This document shows positions 8,972 to 17,058 of a DNA stretch of 64,000 nt, in pieces. Origin of the DNA: Patescibacteria group bacterium (GTDB lineage Bacteria; Patescibacteriota; Patescibacteriia; Patescibacteriales; WJLG01); assembly GCA_028707065.1 (NCBI GenBank), contig JAQTUZ010000003.1, forward strand, positions 66,501 through 130,500, in the 5' to 3' direction. Below the pieces are notes generated by a model. That model was not told where the DNA came from, did no database searches, and saw nothing but the letters and a program-made list of their open reading frames with translations. Position 1 is the stretch's first letter. Every line of letters begins with the position of its first letter. The position numbers were made by a program, and so were the translations under genes.

Positions 8972-9835
8972 TTATTTTTTATGTCGATTCAAATCGACTT
9001 CAATCACTATTCTTCCGTCCTTTTCATCTTCAAATTCGACCATCACCGACTGTTTAAGCACATGAGTGCCGACCACAACGCCTTTTTTGCCGTCCACATT
9101 AACCTTCTGGCCGATCGACGGCATTTTTTCCGCCAAATCCTTGTAACCCTGATATTCATATTGCAAACAGCACATCAAGCGGCCGCAACAGCCGGAAATG
9201 CGCTCCGAGCCGCGATGGACGACTTGCTGGGCCTCAGCCATTTCCGAACTGATCGAAGAAAAATCCTTAATAAATCTTTTGCAGCACAAGGGTCGTCCGC
9301 AATGGCCGTAATCACCGGCCAGCCGAGCTTCGTCGCGGATGCCGATCTGGGTCAGGCGGATCTGCTTGCCGAAATGGCCGGTCAGATCTTTGACCAAGTC
9401 GCGAAAATCCACGCGGCCGTCGGCGATAAAAGCGAAATTGATCCGGTTGCCGGTGAAAGAAAAAACCACATCCACCAACTTCATCGGCAAATCGCGCTTC
9501 TCGATCATCTTGCGGCAAAAATCAAAAGCTTCTTCCTTTTCTTTCTTGGAAGGCAATTTTTCAAAATCGCCCTGATTCGCCAGGCGCAGGATCGGCTTGA
9601 TCTCCCGTTTTTCGATCTTTTTTTCTTCCACGCCTTCGGCGTTGATCTCGCTGGAGATCACGACTTCTACTGACCCGGATTTATCCTCCACTTCCTCGAA
9701 ACCGACCACCTCGCCCATTTCCATGCCCAATTCCGTATCAACAATAACCCTGTCCCCTTTATTGAGGGCCAGATTATTCGGGGAAAAATGATAAATTTTA
9801 TCCCAGCGGGCGAATTGGATTTGGGCTACCTTCAT
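8972..9835 (-). CDS. PSP1 C-terminal domain protein (YaaT/RicT-like)
   Basis: 287 aa. Cys cluster GHCGRPLCCKRF...GCCGRLMCCLQYE, typical of PSP1/RicT. Confidence 0.8.
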   Translation of the reverse strand: MKVAQIQFARWDKIYHFSPNNLALNKGDRVIVDTELGMEMGEVVGFEEVEDKSGSVEVVISSEINAEGVEEKKIEKREIKPILRLANQGDFEKLPSKKEKEEAFDFCRKMIEKRDLPMKLVDVVFSFTGNRINFAFIADGRVDFRDLVKDLTGHFGKQIRLTQIGIRDEARLAGDYGHCGRPLCCKRFIKDFSSISSEMAEAQQVVHRGSERISGCCGRLMCCLQYEYQGYKDLAEKMPSIGQKVNVDGKKGVVVGTHVLKQSVMVEFEDEKDGRIVIEVDLNRHKK

Positions 9836-9851
9836 AAACGAATTTCGTAAT

Positions 9852-9954
9852 ATAATCCGAACCTACAAAATATCCGAATACAACGAACATTAGGACGAAC
9901 TCATGTTCGGTTCGTAGGGTTCGTAGTATTTGTGTATTTCGTAGGTTCGGATTA
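9852..9954. repeat. AT-rich palindrome of the CGAATAC/TACGAA family (family C)
   Basis: ataatccgaacctacaaaatatccgaatacaacgaacat pairs with atgttcggttcgtagggttcgtagtatttgtgtatttcgtaggttcggattat. The left arm is nearly identical to 48197-48236. Confidence 0.85.
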
Positions 9955-9959
9955 TTTAT

Positions 9960-10754
9960 TTACAAACTATACCGAACGAATTTCGTCACTTTCACGTTAC
10001 CTAAAACCTGCTCAACCTTTTTCTTGTCATCCTTGATATATTCCTGCTTGACCAGGCAAACCGCTTCGTAAAATTTATTGATCTTGCCGGCAAGAATTTT
10101 TTCCATCACTGCCGCCGGTTTCTTTTCTTTGGCTAAAGCTTCGCCTTCGATCTCTTTTTCCTTGTCGACGTCGGCTTGCGGCACTTCGGCAGGCTCGATA
10201 TATTTCGGATTGGCCGCGGCGACTTGCATGGCGATATCCACGGCCAAATCTTGTTTGCCGGCCGCATCTAAGGCAACCAGCACGCCGATCTTTCCGCCCA
10301 TATGCGAATAGCCGGCCACGGTCGCGCCCGAAATGATATTAAAATTCTTAATAACTAACTTTTCTCCGATCGTTCCGGACAGCGCATCAAGATCTTCTTT
10401 AACAGTTCCTTTTCGCAGTTTCAAGGCAAACAAGGCGTCCATATCGGCGGGTTTAGAACAAATAATCAAGTCCAGAACGGCTTTGGCAAACGCCTGGAAT
10501 TTTTCATTGCGCGCCACAAAATCTGTTTCGGCGTTAACCTCGACGATGTAACCTTCGTTTCCCTCTTCATTGACTGCCAATTGAATGCAGCCCTCTTTAG
10601 CTTCGCGGCCTTCGCGCTTGGCTGCTTTGGCAATCCCCTTCTTTCTCAAAAATTCCAAAGCTTTTTCCAAATCTTCGCCGGCTTCATCCAAAGCTTTTTT
10701 GCAATCCATCATGCCGGCTCCGCTTCTTTCACGTAATTGTTTGATGAGTTCCAT
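9960..10754 (-). CDS. tsf: translation elongation factor Ts
   Basis: 264 aa. MELIKQLRERSGAGMMDCKKALDEAGEDLEKALEFLRKKG (UBA-like N-terminus). Located downstream of rpsB as in most bacteria. Confidence 0.95.
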   Translation of the reverse strand: MELIKQLRERSGAGMMDCKKALDEAGEDLEKALEFLRKKGIAKAAKREGREAKEGCIQLAVNEEGNEGYIVEVNAETDFVARNEKFQAFAKAVLDLIICSKPADMDALFALKLRKGTVKEDLDALSGTIGEKLVIKNFNIISGATVAGYSHMGGKIGVLVALDAAGKQDLAVDIAMQVAAANPKYIEPAEVPQADVDKEKEIEGEALAKEKKPAAVMEKILAGKINKFYEAVCLVKQEYIKDDKKKVEQVLGNVKVTKFVRYSL

Positions 10755-10756
10755 TT

Positions 10757-10906
10757 TAGTTGATTGGTTAATCAGTTAATTAGTTGTGGTGACAAACAAG
10801 TTTTTGCAGACATTCAGCATCTCGCTGCTTAAATATCCGCAAAACGCGCCACCAGCCGAGGAATTAATTTACTTAAAAACTAATTCACCAATTAACTAAT
10901 TGACTA
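10757..10906. repeat. family B palindrome (TTAGTTAATTAGTT arms) filling the rpsB-tsf gap
   Basis: Arms tagttgattggttaatcagttaattagttgtgg and actaattcaccaattaactaattgacta. It starts 3 nt after the tsf start codon and ends 3 nt before the rpsB stop. Confidence 0.85.
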
Positions 10907-10908
10907 TT

Positions 10909-11613
10909 TTATTTTGAAGTTTTAATTTCTTGCTTTGCTTGAAGAAGATTTTCTTTGATGCAATCCATGATCAGTTTGACGGTTTTGGACGCATCGTCGT
11001 TTCCCGGAATGACATAATTCACCAGATCGGGATTAGAGTTCGTGTCGCAGATCGCGACGATTGGAATATTTTTAACCCTGGCCTCGCTCAGGGCAGTTTT
11101 TTCTTTCTTGATGTCCCAGATAAATAGCGCGTCGGGCAACTTGTTCAGATTGGTCAAACCGCCGACTTTCAATTCCAGACGCTTGATCTCCTTATCAAAA
11201 TCCGAACGCTCCTTTTTGGTATAGCGGTCTAGTTTTCCCAAAGCTTTTTCTTCCTGCAATCCTTTATACTTATTGATCATTTTCCGGAAGATCGGAAAAT
11301 TGGTCAGAACTCCGCCCGCCCATTTTTCCGAAATGTAGGGCATGCCCACAGCTTCGGCGGTCGCGCGCAAATCTTTTTTCACCTGGTTCTTGGTTCCGAC
11401 AAAAAGAATCGTCTTCGATTCCTTGACCAGGTTTTCCATAAATTCCAAAGCGGTTCCCAGCATTTTTTGGCTCTTGGCCAAATCAATGATGTAAACTCCT
11501 TTGCGTTCCGTAAAAATATACGGTTTCATCTTCGGGTGCCATTTGCTGGCTGAGTGCCCAAAGTGCATGCCCGCTTCGAGCATGGCTTCGATTGTTGGCA
11601 ATTTTGTGGCCAT
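10909..11613 (-). CDS. rpsB: 30S ribosomal protein S2
   Basis: 234 aa. LEAGMHFGHSASKWHPKMKPYIF...GVYIIDL, the canonical S2 N-terminus. Confidence 0.97.
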   Translation of the reverse strand: MATKLPTIEAMLEAGMHFGHSASKWHPKMKPYIFTERKGVYIIDLAKSQKMLGTALEFMENLVKESKTILFVGTKNQVKKDLRATAEAVGMPYISEKWAGGVLTNFPIFRKMINKYKGLQEEKALGKLDRYTKKERSDFDKEIKRLELKVGGLTNLNKLPDALFIWDIKKEKTALSEARVKNIPIVAICDTNSNPDLVNYVIPGNDDASKTVKLIMDCIKENLLQAKQEIKTSK

Positions 11614-11614
11614 A

Positions 11615-11692
11615 GTTTTTTTACCCCGTCCGGTCCGTAGACCGGCGGTGGTCCTTTTTTACCCCGTCCCGCAAAGCGGGCGGGGGTTCCTC
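11615..11692. repeat. two tandem GC-rich hairpin units (TTTTTTACCCCGTCC...) abutting the rpsB start codon
   Basis: tttttttaccccgtccggtccgtagaccggcggtggtcc followed by ttttttaccccgtcccgcaaagcgggcgggggttcc. Related to family A cores. Confidence 0.75.
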
Positions 11693-11926
11693 TATCCTAA
11701 CGATTTTACTTATTTCGGCTAAAAATAAGCAAGGTTTCCCTTAAGCATTTAGGATATGAGAGATTTATGAATAAATACATTATCGGCGCTCGCTCGGGAA
11801 TGATCTCACCAGAGGCGGATCATTTCGCTCGCTTGCTTGATAAACAAAACGGAAACGCCATAAATATGGCTTTTCCTTAACATTTAGCAGTTTACTACGG
11901 ATTTTAGTCAATGTCAAACATTGTCC

Positions 11927-11955
11927 TTGACATTATTGAAAAATAATTATAAAAT
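11927..11955 (+). promoter_or_regulatory. promoter TTGACA-17-TAAAAT for the 143-aa gene
   Basis: TTGACA at 11927-11932 and TAAAAT at 11950-11955. The -35 box is embedded in the inverted repeat aatgtcaa...ttgacatt. Confidence 0.6.
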
Positions 11956-12013
11956 GGCAAAAACAACTTTGCAAGTACTTTTTTAAAAACTCTATAAAAA
12001 TAGGAGGCAAAAA

Positions 12014-12445
12014 ATGCAGTGCCAGCGTAAACCAACAATCATTATCACAAAAGCAGCCGTAACGCGTGGCTATCCGGAAAAAATCGGCGATATATTTATT
12101 GAACTTTTCAAGGCCAAGCTGATTGAACTTCCAGTAAATAAATCTGTGCCCCGCTCTTTCGATAGTAATCCTGAAAATCCCCTGCTTTTTGTGAAAAGCA
12201 TCAGTAATCTTGTGGCGCTGGTGGTAAAAAACGGGGAGGAAGCCGAAATAGCGGCTGACCTGATTTGCGGCAAACTGACTTTCGAAGAGATAAAAGAAAG
12301 GGATGACGATCATCATTCTCATACCTTCCGTGAGGAAATATTAATAGCCTATTCCATTCTGACTGGTGAGGCGTTTAAACTCGCCAACGATCAAGATGAA
12401 CTTCGGCGACTGATCGACGAGAAAATAAAGGCATCGGTCCGGTGA
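12014..12445 (+). CDS. hypothetical protein (143 aa)
   Basis: AGGAGG lies 7 nt upstream of the ATG, with its own promoter and terminator. No recognisable motif. It is one of the few plus-strand genes. Confidence 0.6.
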   Translation: MQCQRKPTIIITKAAVTRGYPEKIGDIFIELFKAKLIELPVNKSVPRSFDSNPENPLLFVKSISNLVALVVKNGEEAEIAADLICGKLTFEEIKERDDDHHSHTFREEILIAYSILTGEAFKLANDQDELRRLIDEKIKASVR

Positions 12446-12506
12446 TCTTAAAATACTGATCATCGCGGACGGCATATCCCCTTTTAGGGCTATGACATTG
12501 TAAATT

Positions 12507-12545
12507 AAAAGGCGTTTAGCGCGAGCTATCCGCCTTTTTTATTTT
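12507..12545 (+). terminator. rho-independent terminator
   Basis: aaaaggcgtttagcgcgagctatccgcc hairpin followed by ttttttatttttt. Confidence 0.6.
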
Positions 12546-12612
12546 TTGTCATTTAAAAACATTTTTTCACTTTTTTTGAAAAAAGTGGCAAAATAATATT
12601 GTCGGGAATATA

Positions 12613-12727
12613 CCCACCCCCCAACTTCGCTCCGCGGCGGAGCTTCGTTGGGCAAGCTGTCTTTTTTAAGATGAGCCACCCTTGCCCTACCGAAGCTTTA
12701 GCGTAGGCGGGCCTCCCGAGGAGAGGA
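12613..12727. repeat. GC-rich composite palindromic element (family A, long form), intergenic copy
   Basis: cccaccccccaacttcgctccgcggcggagcttcgttgggcaag...gagccacccttgccctaccgaagctttagcgtaggcgggcctc aligns with the reverse complement of the dus insertion at 50061-50177. Confidence 0.8.
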
Positions 12728-12753
12728 CTTTTTTACTTTTTACTTCTAACTTC

Positions 12754-13890
12754 TTACTTGATTATTCCTCCTCCCAACAGCTCATTCTTTTTATAAAATA
12801 CCACGCTCTGGCCCGGGGTGATCGCACGCTGCGGCTGTCTGAATTTAACAACCAACAATCCCCTGTCGCCCTTAGTTATGGTGCAAAGAACTTCGGGATG
12901 ATGATAGCGGATCACCGCCGAACATTTAAAAGGAAGCTTGGGGGCAAGACCAGAGATCCAATTAACTTTTTCTGCTAATAAATATTCACCCGACAAGGCC
13001 GGATCATCCGGATCATTAGTTACATACAAAGTGTTGGTCTTAAAATCGCGGCCGGTCACATAATACGGGCCCTTACCGCCGATCTCCACGCCCTTGCGCT
13101 GACCGATAGTATAAAGCGGCAAACCCTGATGTCCGCCGACGATCTTGCCAAAGGTGTCGACAATTTTACCCTTCTTAAGCTGCAGATATTTTTTTAAATA
13201 ATCATTGTGGTCGCCGGACAAGAAGCAAACGTCCTGGCTTTCGGTTTTCAAATTGGGTAATTTTGCCCTGGCCGCCGCCGCCTTGACCTTTTCTTTAACC
13301 AGATCGCCCATCGGAAAAATAACATGCTTTAATTGCTCTTGGGTCAAATTATAAAGAAAATAAGTCTGATCTTTGGACAAATCTTTGGCGCGATAAATCT
13401 TGTACGTAGGAACGCGAGATTTTGCGTTCGAATTTCCGGGAACGCAAGATTTTGCGTTCCTACGAGATTTAACATTACGAAGTTTTACATAGTGCCCGGT
13501 CGCTAAATAATCGCAACCCAGGGCGCGCGCTTTTTTCAAAAGTTCGCCAAATTTAATGAGTTGATTGCACTTGACGCAAGGATTGGGAGTAATCCCCCGC
13601 TCATATGCTTTTAAAAAATATTCTTTAACATCATGATTAAATCGGCGCTTCACGTCAACCGGATAAAATTTGATGCCGATCTTCTGGCAGACTGCCCTGG
13701 CCGCCGCCTCGTCGCAGCAGCCGCGCTCAATCCCCAAGCGCATAAAAACGCCCAAGCAATCAAAGCCCTGGTCTTTCAAAATCTTGGCAGTTGTTGACGA
13801 GTCAACGCCGCCGCTCATTGCGACGGCCACACGCCGATTTGCGATTTTCGATTTGCGATTTTCGATTTGATTCATATTATTATTTGTCAT
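12754..13890 (-). CDS. mnmA: tRNA 2-thiouridine(34) synthase MnmA (start uncertain)
   Basis: 378 aa. PP-loop VAVAMSGGVDSS, NPCVKCN, ATGHY and KDQTYFL. The annotated ATG lies inside a repeat terminus (TGTCAT), so the true start may be the downstream MNQ or further in. Confidence 0.92.
   Translation of the reverse strand: MTNNNMNQIENRKSKIANRRVAVAMSGGVDSSTTAKILKDQGFDCLGVFMRLGIERGCCDEAAARAVCQKIGIKFYPVDVKRRFNHDVKEYFLKAYERGITPNPCVKCNQLIKFGELLKKARALGCDYLATGHYVKLRNVKSRRNAKSCVPGNSNAKSRVPTYKIYRAKDLSKDQTYFLYNLTQEQLKHVIFPMGDLVKEKVKAAAARAKLPNLKTESQDVCFLSGDHNDYLKKYLQLKKGKIVDTFGKIVGGHQGLPLYTIGQRKGVEIGGKGPYYVTGRDFKTNTLYVTNDPDDPALSGEYLLAEKVNWISGLAPKLPFKCSAVIRYHHPEVLCTITKGDRGLLVVKFRQPQRAITPGQSVVFYKKNELLGGGIIK
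13406..13463. repeat. twin 20-nt hairpins (GAACGC[G/A]AGATTTTGCGTTC x2) in frame inside mnmA
   Basis: gtaggaacgcgagattttgcgttcgaatttccgggaacgcaagattttgcgttcctac encodes RNAKSCVPGNSNAKSRVP between the conserved GHY and KDQ motifs. The spacing is about 19 aa longer than in the E. coli MnmA sequence as I recall it. Confidence 0.75.
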
Positions 13891-14060
13891 CCTGAGCGCC
13901 TCGCGAAGGATCTATTTTGCAAGAACTCTGAATCTTACTGAATAAGATTTCTTTGCAAAAAATCAACTATAGTATTTCTAAATTTTTATCTTCATTGTTC
14001 AACTTCCCGAAAAATAGATCCTTCGTCGTCAGCCGAGGCGGCTTTCTCCTCAGGATGACA
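13885..14060. mobile_element. MITE-like element with TGTCATCCTGAG...GAAGGATCTATTTT terminal inverted repeats (176 bp)
   Basis: The left arm 13885-13918 is tgtcatcctgagcgcctcgcgaaggatctatttt. The right arm 14011-14060 is aaaatagatccttcgtcgtcagccgaggcggctttctcctcaggatgaca. The core is AT-rich. A second copy lies at 53324-53525. No ORF, so non-autonomous if mobile. Confidence 0.65.
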
Positions 14061-15350
14061 AAAATCGGCGAAAATTTCCAAATATTCGCGAGCTGTTTTC
14101 TTCCAGCTGAAATCTTTTGCACGTTCCAGGCCGCGGGCGGAATATGATCCTCTCAATTTTTCATCTTGCATTAATATTTGCAGAGCCTTGGCGATTGAAT
14201 TTTCATCGTGCGGATCGACGAGCAAAGCCGCGTCGCCGGTCACTTCGGGTAAAGATGAAACTGCGGAAGTGATCACTGGAGTTCCCGAGGCCATTGCTTC
14301 CAAAACCGGCAAGCCAAAACCTTCATAAAAAGAAGGGTAAGCGAATATTTCCGCCAAATTATACAGCGCGGCACGCTCGTCTTTTTTGATATAGCCGATA
14401 ATGTTTATTCTGGCTTTATTTTTCGCCTTATCAATGGCCTTAAAAATTTCCTTGTTTTTCCAGCCGCCCGAGCCGGCTAAAACCAAATGCCACTCCCCCA
14501 TTCCGGGCAAATCGGCCACCGCATCAAAAGCGCCGATCAAGCCGGCTAAATTTTTGCGCGGCTCGAAAGTCCCGATGTTTAAAATGAATTTTTCCGGCAA
14601 GCCATATTTATTTTTTACGCTTGCCAATTCAAGATCATTTTGCCCCGTCGCAGTCTCCGCCGCGGGACTGCGACGCAACGGGCGAAATTCCGCGCCCACG
14701 CCCGCGTAAATCATTTTTATTTTATCAGCTGGCACGGAAAAATATCTGATAATATCTTGCCTGGTGTTTTCAGAAATGGCCACGATAATATCAGCCCGCT
14801 CGATCAATTTCCTGACGCCCAAAAATTTATGCCAAAAATTCTTCCGCGCGGAAAAAAATTCAGGATAAGAAATAAAGGATAAATCAGGAACCGTTAAAAC
14901 CACCCGGCAATTCCGGGAAAAATTGGCAAAATTAAAATGCGGCTGCCAAAAAACATCCACGCCGCCCTGCGGAACCACCCCCAAACCCCTCCTTATAAAG
15001 GAGGGGGGCTGACCACCCCTACCCCCTCCTTTGAAAGGAGGGGAATTTTTTGCGGCAATGGCATCTAACTTCGGCCAATGAAAAATTTTCTGTAGAAAAT
15101 AATTAAAAATTTTATTGGGATAATGAGTGGCGGCAATTTTAACATTATCCGAGTTCTGAAATCCCTGCCTTGCCGGCAGGCAGGCGAGTTCTGAAATCCG
15201 ATTTGAAATATCGCGGCCGGAATTATAATACAAAACATATTCGTTCTGCCGGTCTTGGCGCAAAATTTCGGTCAACAAATCCAGCGTATACCAGGATACG
15301 CCCGAATATTCCTTGTCCATCAATGGCCTGATATCAATGCCGATTTTCAT
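13992..15350 (-). CDS. glycosyltransferase family 1 (GT4-type)
   Basis: 452 aa. C-terminal EGFGLPVLEAMASGTPVITS motif. The last 23 aa or so are encoded by the MITE-like right arm. Confidence 0.85.
   Translation of the reverse strand: MKIGIDIRPLMDKEYSGVSWYTLDLLTEILRQDRQNEYVLYYNSGRDISNRISELACLPARQGFQNSDNVKIAATHYPNKIFNYFLQKIFHWPKLDAIAAKNSPPFKGGGRGGQPPSFIRRGLGVVPQGGVDVFWQPHFNFANFSRNCRVVLTVPDLSFISYPEFFSARKNFWHKFLGVRKLIERADIIVAISENTRQDIIRYFSVPADKIKMIYAGVGAEFRPLRRSPAAETATGQNDLELASVKNKYGLPEKFILNIGTFEPRKNLAGLIGAFDAVADLPGMGEWHLVLAGSGGWKNKEIFKAIDKAKNKARINIIGYIKKDERAALYNLAEIFAYPSFYEGFGLPVLEAMASGTPVITSAVSSLPEVTGDAALLVDPHDENSIAKALQILMQDEKLRGSYSARGLERAKDFSWKKTAREYLEIFADFCHPEEKAASADDEGSIFREVEQ
14977..15047. 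repeat. two CCCCTCC-loop-GGAGGGG hairpins in frame inside the GT4 gene
   Basis: cccctccttataaaggagggg and cccctcctttgaaaggagggg encode NSPPFKGGGRGGQPPSFIRRGLGVV. A related copy lies at 63839-63920. Confidence 0.75.
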
Positions 15351-15400
15351 CTGTTTATTCTAATTACCTTGATAATATTTTAGCAAATTTTATCTGATTT

Positions 15401-15433
15401 TAAAAGAAAAAGGAGCTTGACAATAAGCTCCTT
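15401..15433 (-). terminator. rho-independent terminator (minus sense)
   Basis: aaggagctt-gacaat-aagctcctt hairpin followed on the minus strand by TTTCTTTT. Confidence 0.65.
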
Positions 15434-15454
15434 ACTTTTGATCGCTTGGCGTAA

Positions 15455-15799
15455 TTATTTAAAAGACGCGAAACTCTTGCCGTTTAAGTTTTCCTCGTCG
15501 AGCTTCCATAATCCAGAAAATTCATAATCCACCTTTTCATCTCCCTTGGGGCGTCCGGGTTCTTTCCGCAAAATCACACTATAGTTAATATTTGTGCCAT
15601 ATCTAAGCTCAAAAGTAACAATTTTTTCGGAAAATTTACCATTGCTAATGTCTTTTTCTTCTCTGCTGGGACCGCGGACCTCAAGCATTTGTCCGATAAA
15701 TAACCTTCTGACCCTCTGAACCTTCCCGAAAAAAAATTTTTTCGGATTTCCTTTGAGATCACAAAGTACCAGGCTTAGGGACAAATTTTTCTTCACCAT
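15455..15799 (-). CDS. hypothetical protein (114 aa)
   Basis: AAGGAG lies 8 nt upstream of the ATG. No recognisable motif. Confidence 0.5.
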   Translation of the reverse strand: MVKKNLSLSLVLCDLKGNPKKFFFGKVQRVRRLFIGQMLEVRGPSREEKDISNGKFSEKIVTFELRYGTNINYSVILRKEPGRPKGDEKVDYEFSGLWKLDEENLNGKSFASFK

Positions 15800-15849
15800 A
15801 ATATACTCCTTCTGAAAGGGTGATAATCTATGATAATGTTAATGAACTG

Positions 15850-16989
15850 CTAAACAATCTTAGGATTATTGAACTTTCCAGCAGTTTTGTCAAGATAGTC
15901 GATAATTTTCTTCTTGAAATTTTCCGTGCTGAATTTTTCCGCCTGGGCGCGGATTATTTTTTCATCGAATTTGCTTTTATCAAAACTGCTGATTGCTTTT
16001 ACGACCGAATCGACTGACTGTTCATCAAAAAATATTCCGGTTTGATTTTCGATTATCGTTTCCTCGGCGCCGCCCTTGCGATAAGCGATGGCTGGCGTGC
16101 CGCAGGCCATGGCTTCGACCACGGTGATGCCGAAATCCTCTTCTTGCGGATGGATAAAGGCGACGGCGTTGCGGAATAATTTAGCCAGTTGCGCGTCCTC
16201 AACCCGGCCGAGAAATTCGATATTAGCCGAATTGGCGGCGATTTTCATCAAGCGGCCGGTATCAATGCCGCTGCCAAAAATCTTTAATTTCTTCTCCGGC
16301 ATTTTCTTAAATGCTTCTATGACGATATCGACCCGCTTATATGGCGCCAAGCGGCAGCCGCAGAGAAAATAATTTTCCGCTTTTAATTTTTCATCAGCCA
16401 ATTCTGAAGTGATATTAAATAAATCTGTATTGACCGGCGGATAGATCACAGTTGAATCTCTTTTGTAATATTTTTGAATGCGTTTTTTTACCGTTTCTGA
16501 ATTGGCAATGAACAAATCAACCCGGTCAGCGGCCAGTCTGTCCCAGATGCGGATATAATTTAAAACGAGAGAGATAATTTTTTTAAACCATTTATTGTAC
16601 TTGAGTTCATTGATATAGGAATGAGTATCACTCCAAAGATAACGGGTTGGCGTATGGCAATAGTCGATATGCAATGTTTCCGGCCGGGTGATCACACCCT
16701 TGGCAAAAGATGCCGAATCGGACAAAACCAAATCAAATCCGGACAGATCGAAAAATTCCACGGCCATGGGCATGAACGGCATATACCATTGGTAATGACG
16801 GACGCCGCCGGGGAGTTTCTGAATGATCGAAGTATCGATCTTCCGGCCCGGATAATACTTGGCGATATTATTCTTTTCTGATAACAAAGTATAAATCGGC
16901 GCCTCGGGAAACATTTCCGCGAACACTTTCAATACTTTTTCCGCTCCCCCGTCTTGAGCGAGATGATCATGAACCAATGCGACACGCAT
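15850..16989 (-). CDS. glycosyltransferase family 1 (GT4-type)
   Basis: 379 aa. MRVALVHDHLAQDGGAEKV N-terminus and EDFGITVVEAMACGTPAIAY motif. Confidence 0.88.
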   Translation of the reverse strand: MRVALVHDHLAQDGGAEKVLKVFAEMFPEAPIYTLLSEKNNIAKYYPGRKIDTSIIQKLPGGVRHYQWYMPFMPMAVEFFDLSGFDLVLSDSASFAKGVITRPETLHIDYCHTPTRYLWSDTHSYINELKYNKWFKKIISLVLNYIRIWDRLAADRVDLFIANSETVKKRIQKYYKRDSTVIYPPVNTDLFNITSELADEKLKAENYFLCGCRLAPYKRVDIVIEAFKKMPEKKLKIFGSGIDTGRLMKIAANSANIEFLGRVEDAQLAKLFRNAVAFIHPQEEDFGITVVEAMACGTPAIAYRKGGAEETIIENQTGIFFDEQSVDSVVKAISSFDKSKFDEKIIRAQAEKFSTENFKKKIIDYLDKTAGKFNNPKIV

Positions 16990-17054
16990 GAAATTAGAAA
17001 TTAGAAATTAGAAATTTGGAACTTTTTAATTTCCAATTTCAAATTTCCAATTTC
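16990..17054. repeat. GAAATTAGAAATT...AATTTCCAATTTC palindrome (family D), copy 1
   Basis: gaaattagaaattagaaattagaaatttggaactttttaatttccaatttcaaatttccaatttc fills the 69-nt gap between the stop at 17059 and the start at 16989. It is nearly identical to 42876-42937. Confidence 0.85.
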
Positions 17055-17058
17055 GGTT

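Noticed and set aside
8981-9673. 230-aa plus-strand ORF
   Set aside because: It is antisense to the PSP1/RicT gene, which has clear family motifs. Shadow ORF.
11933-12978. Track ORFs 11933-12322(-), 12070-12273(-), 12682-12978(+)
   Set aside because: They are antisense to, or overlap, better-supported genes (the 143-aa gene, mnmA) or GC-rich repeat elements. No translation signals.
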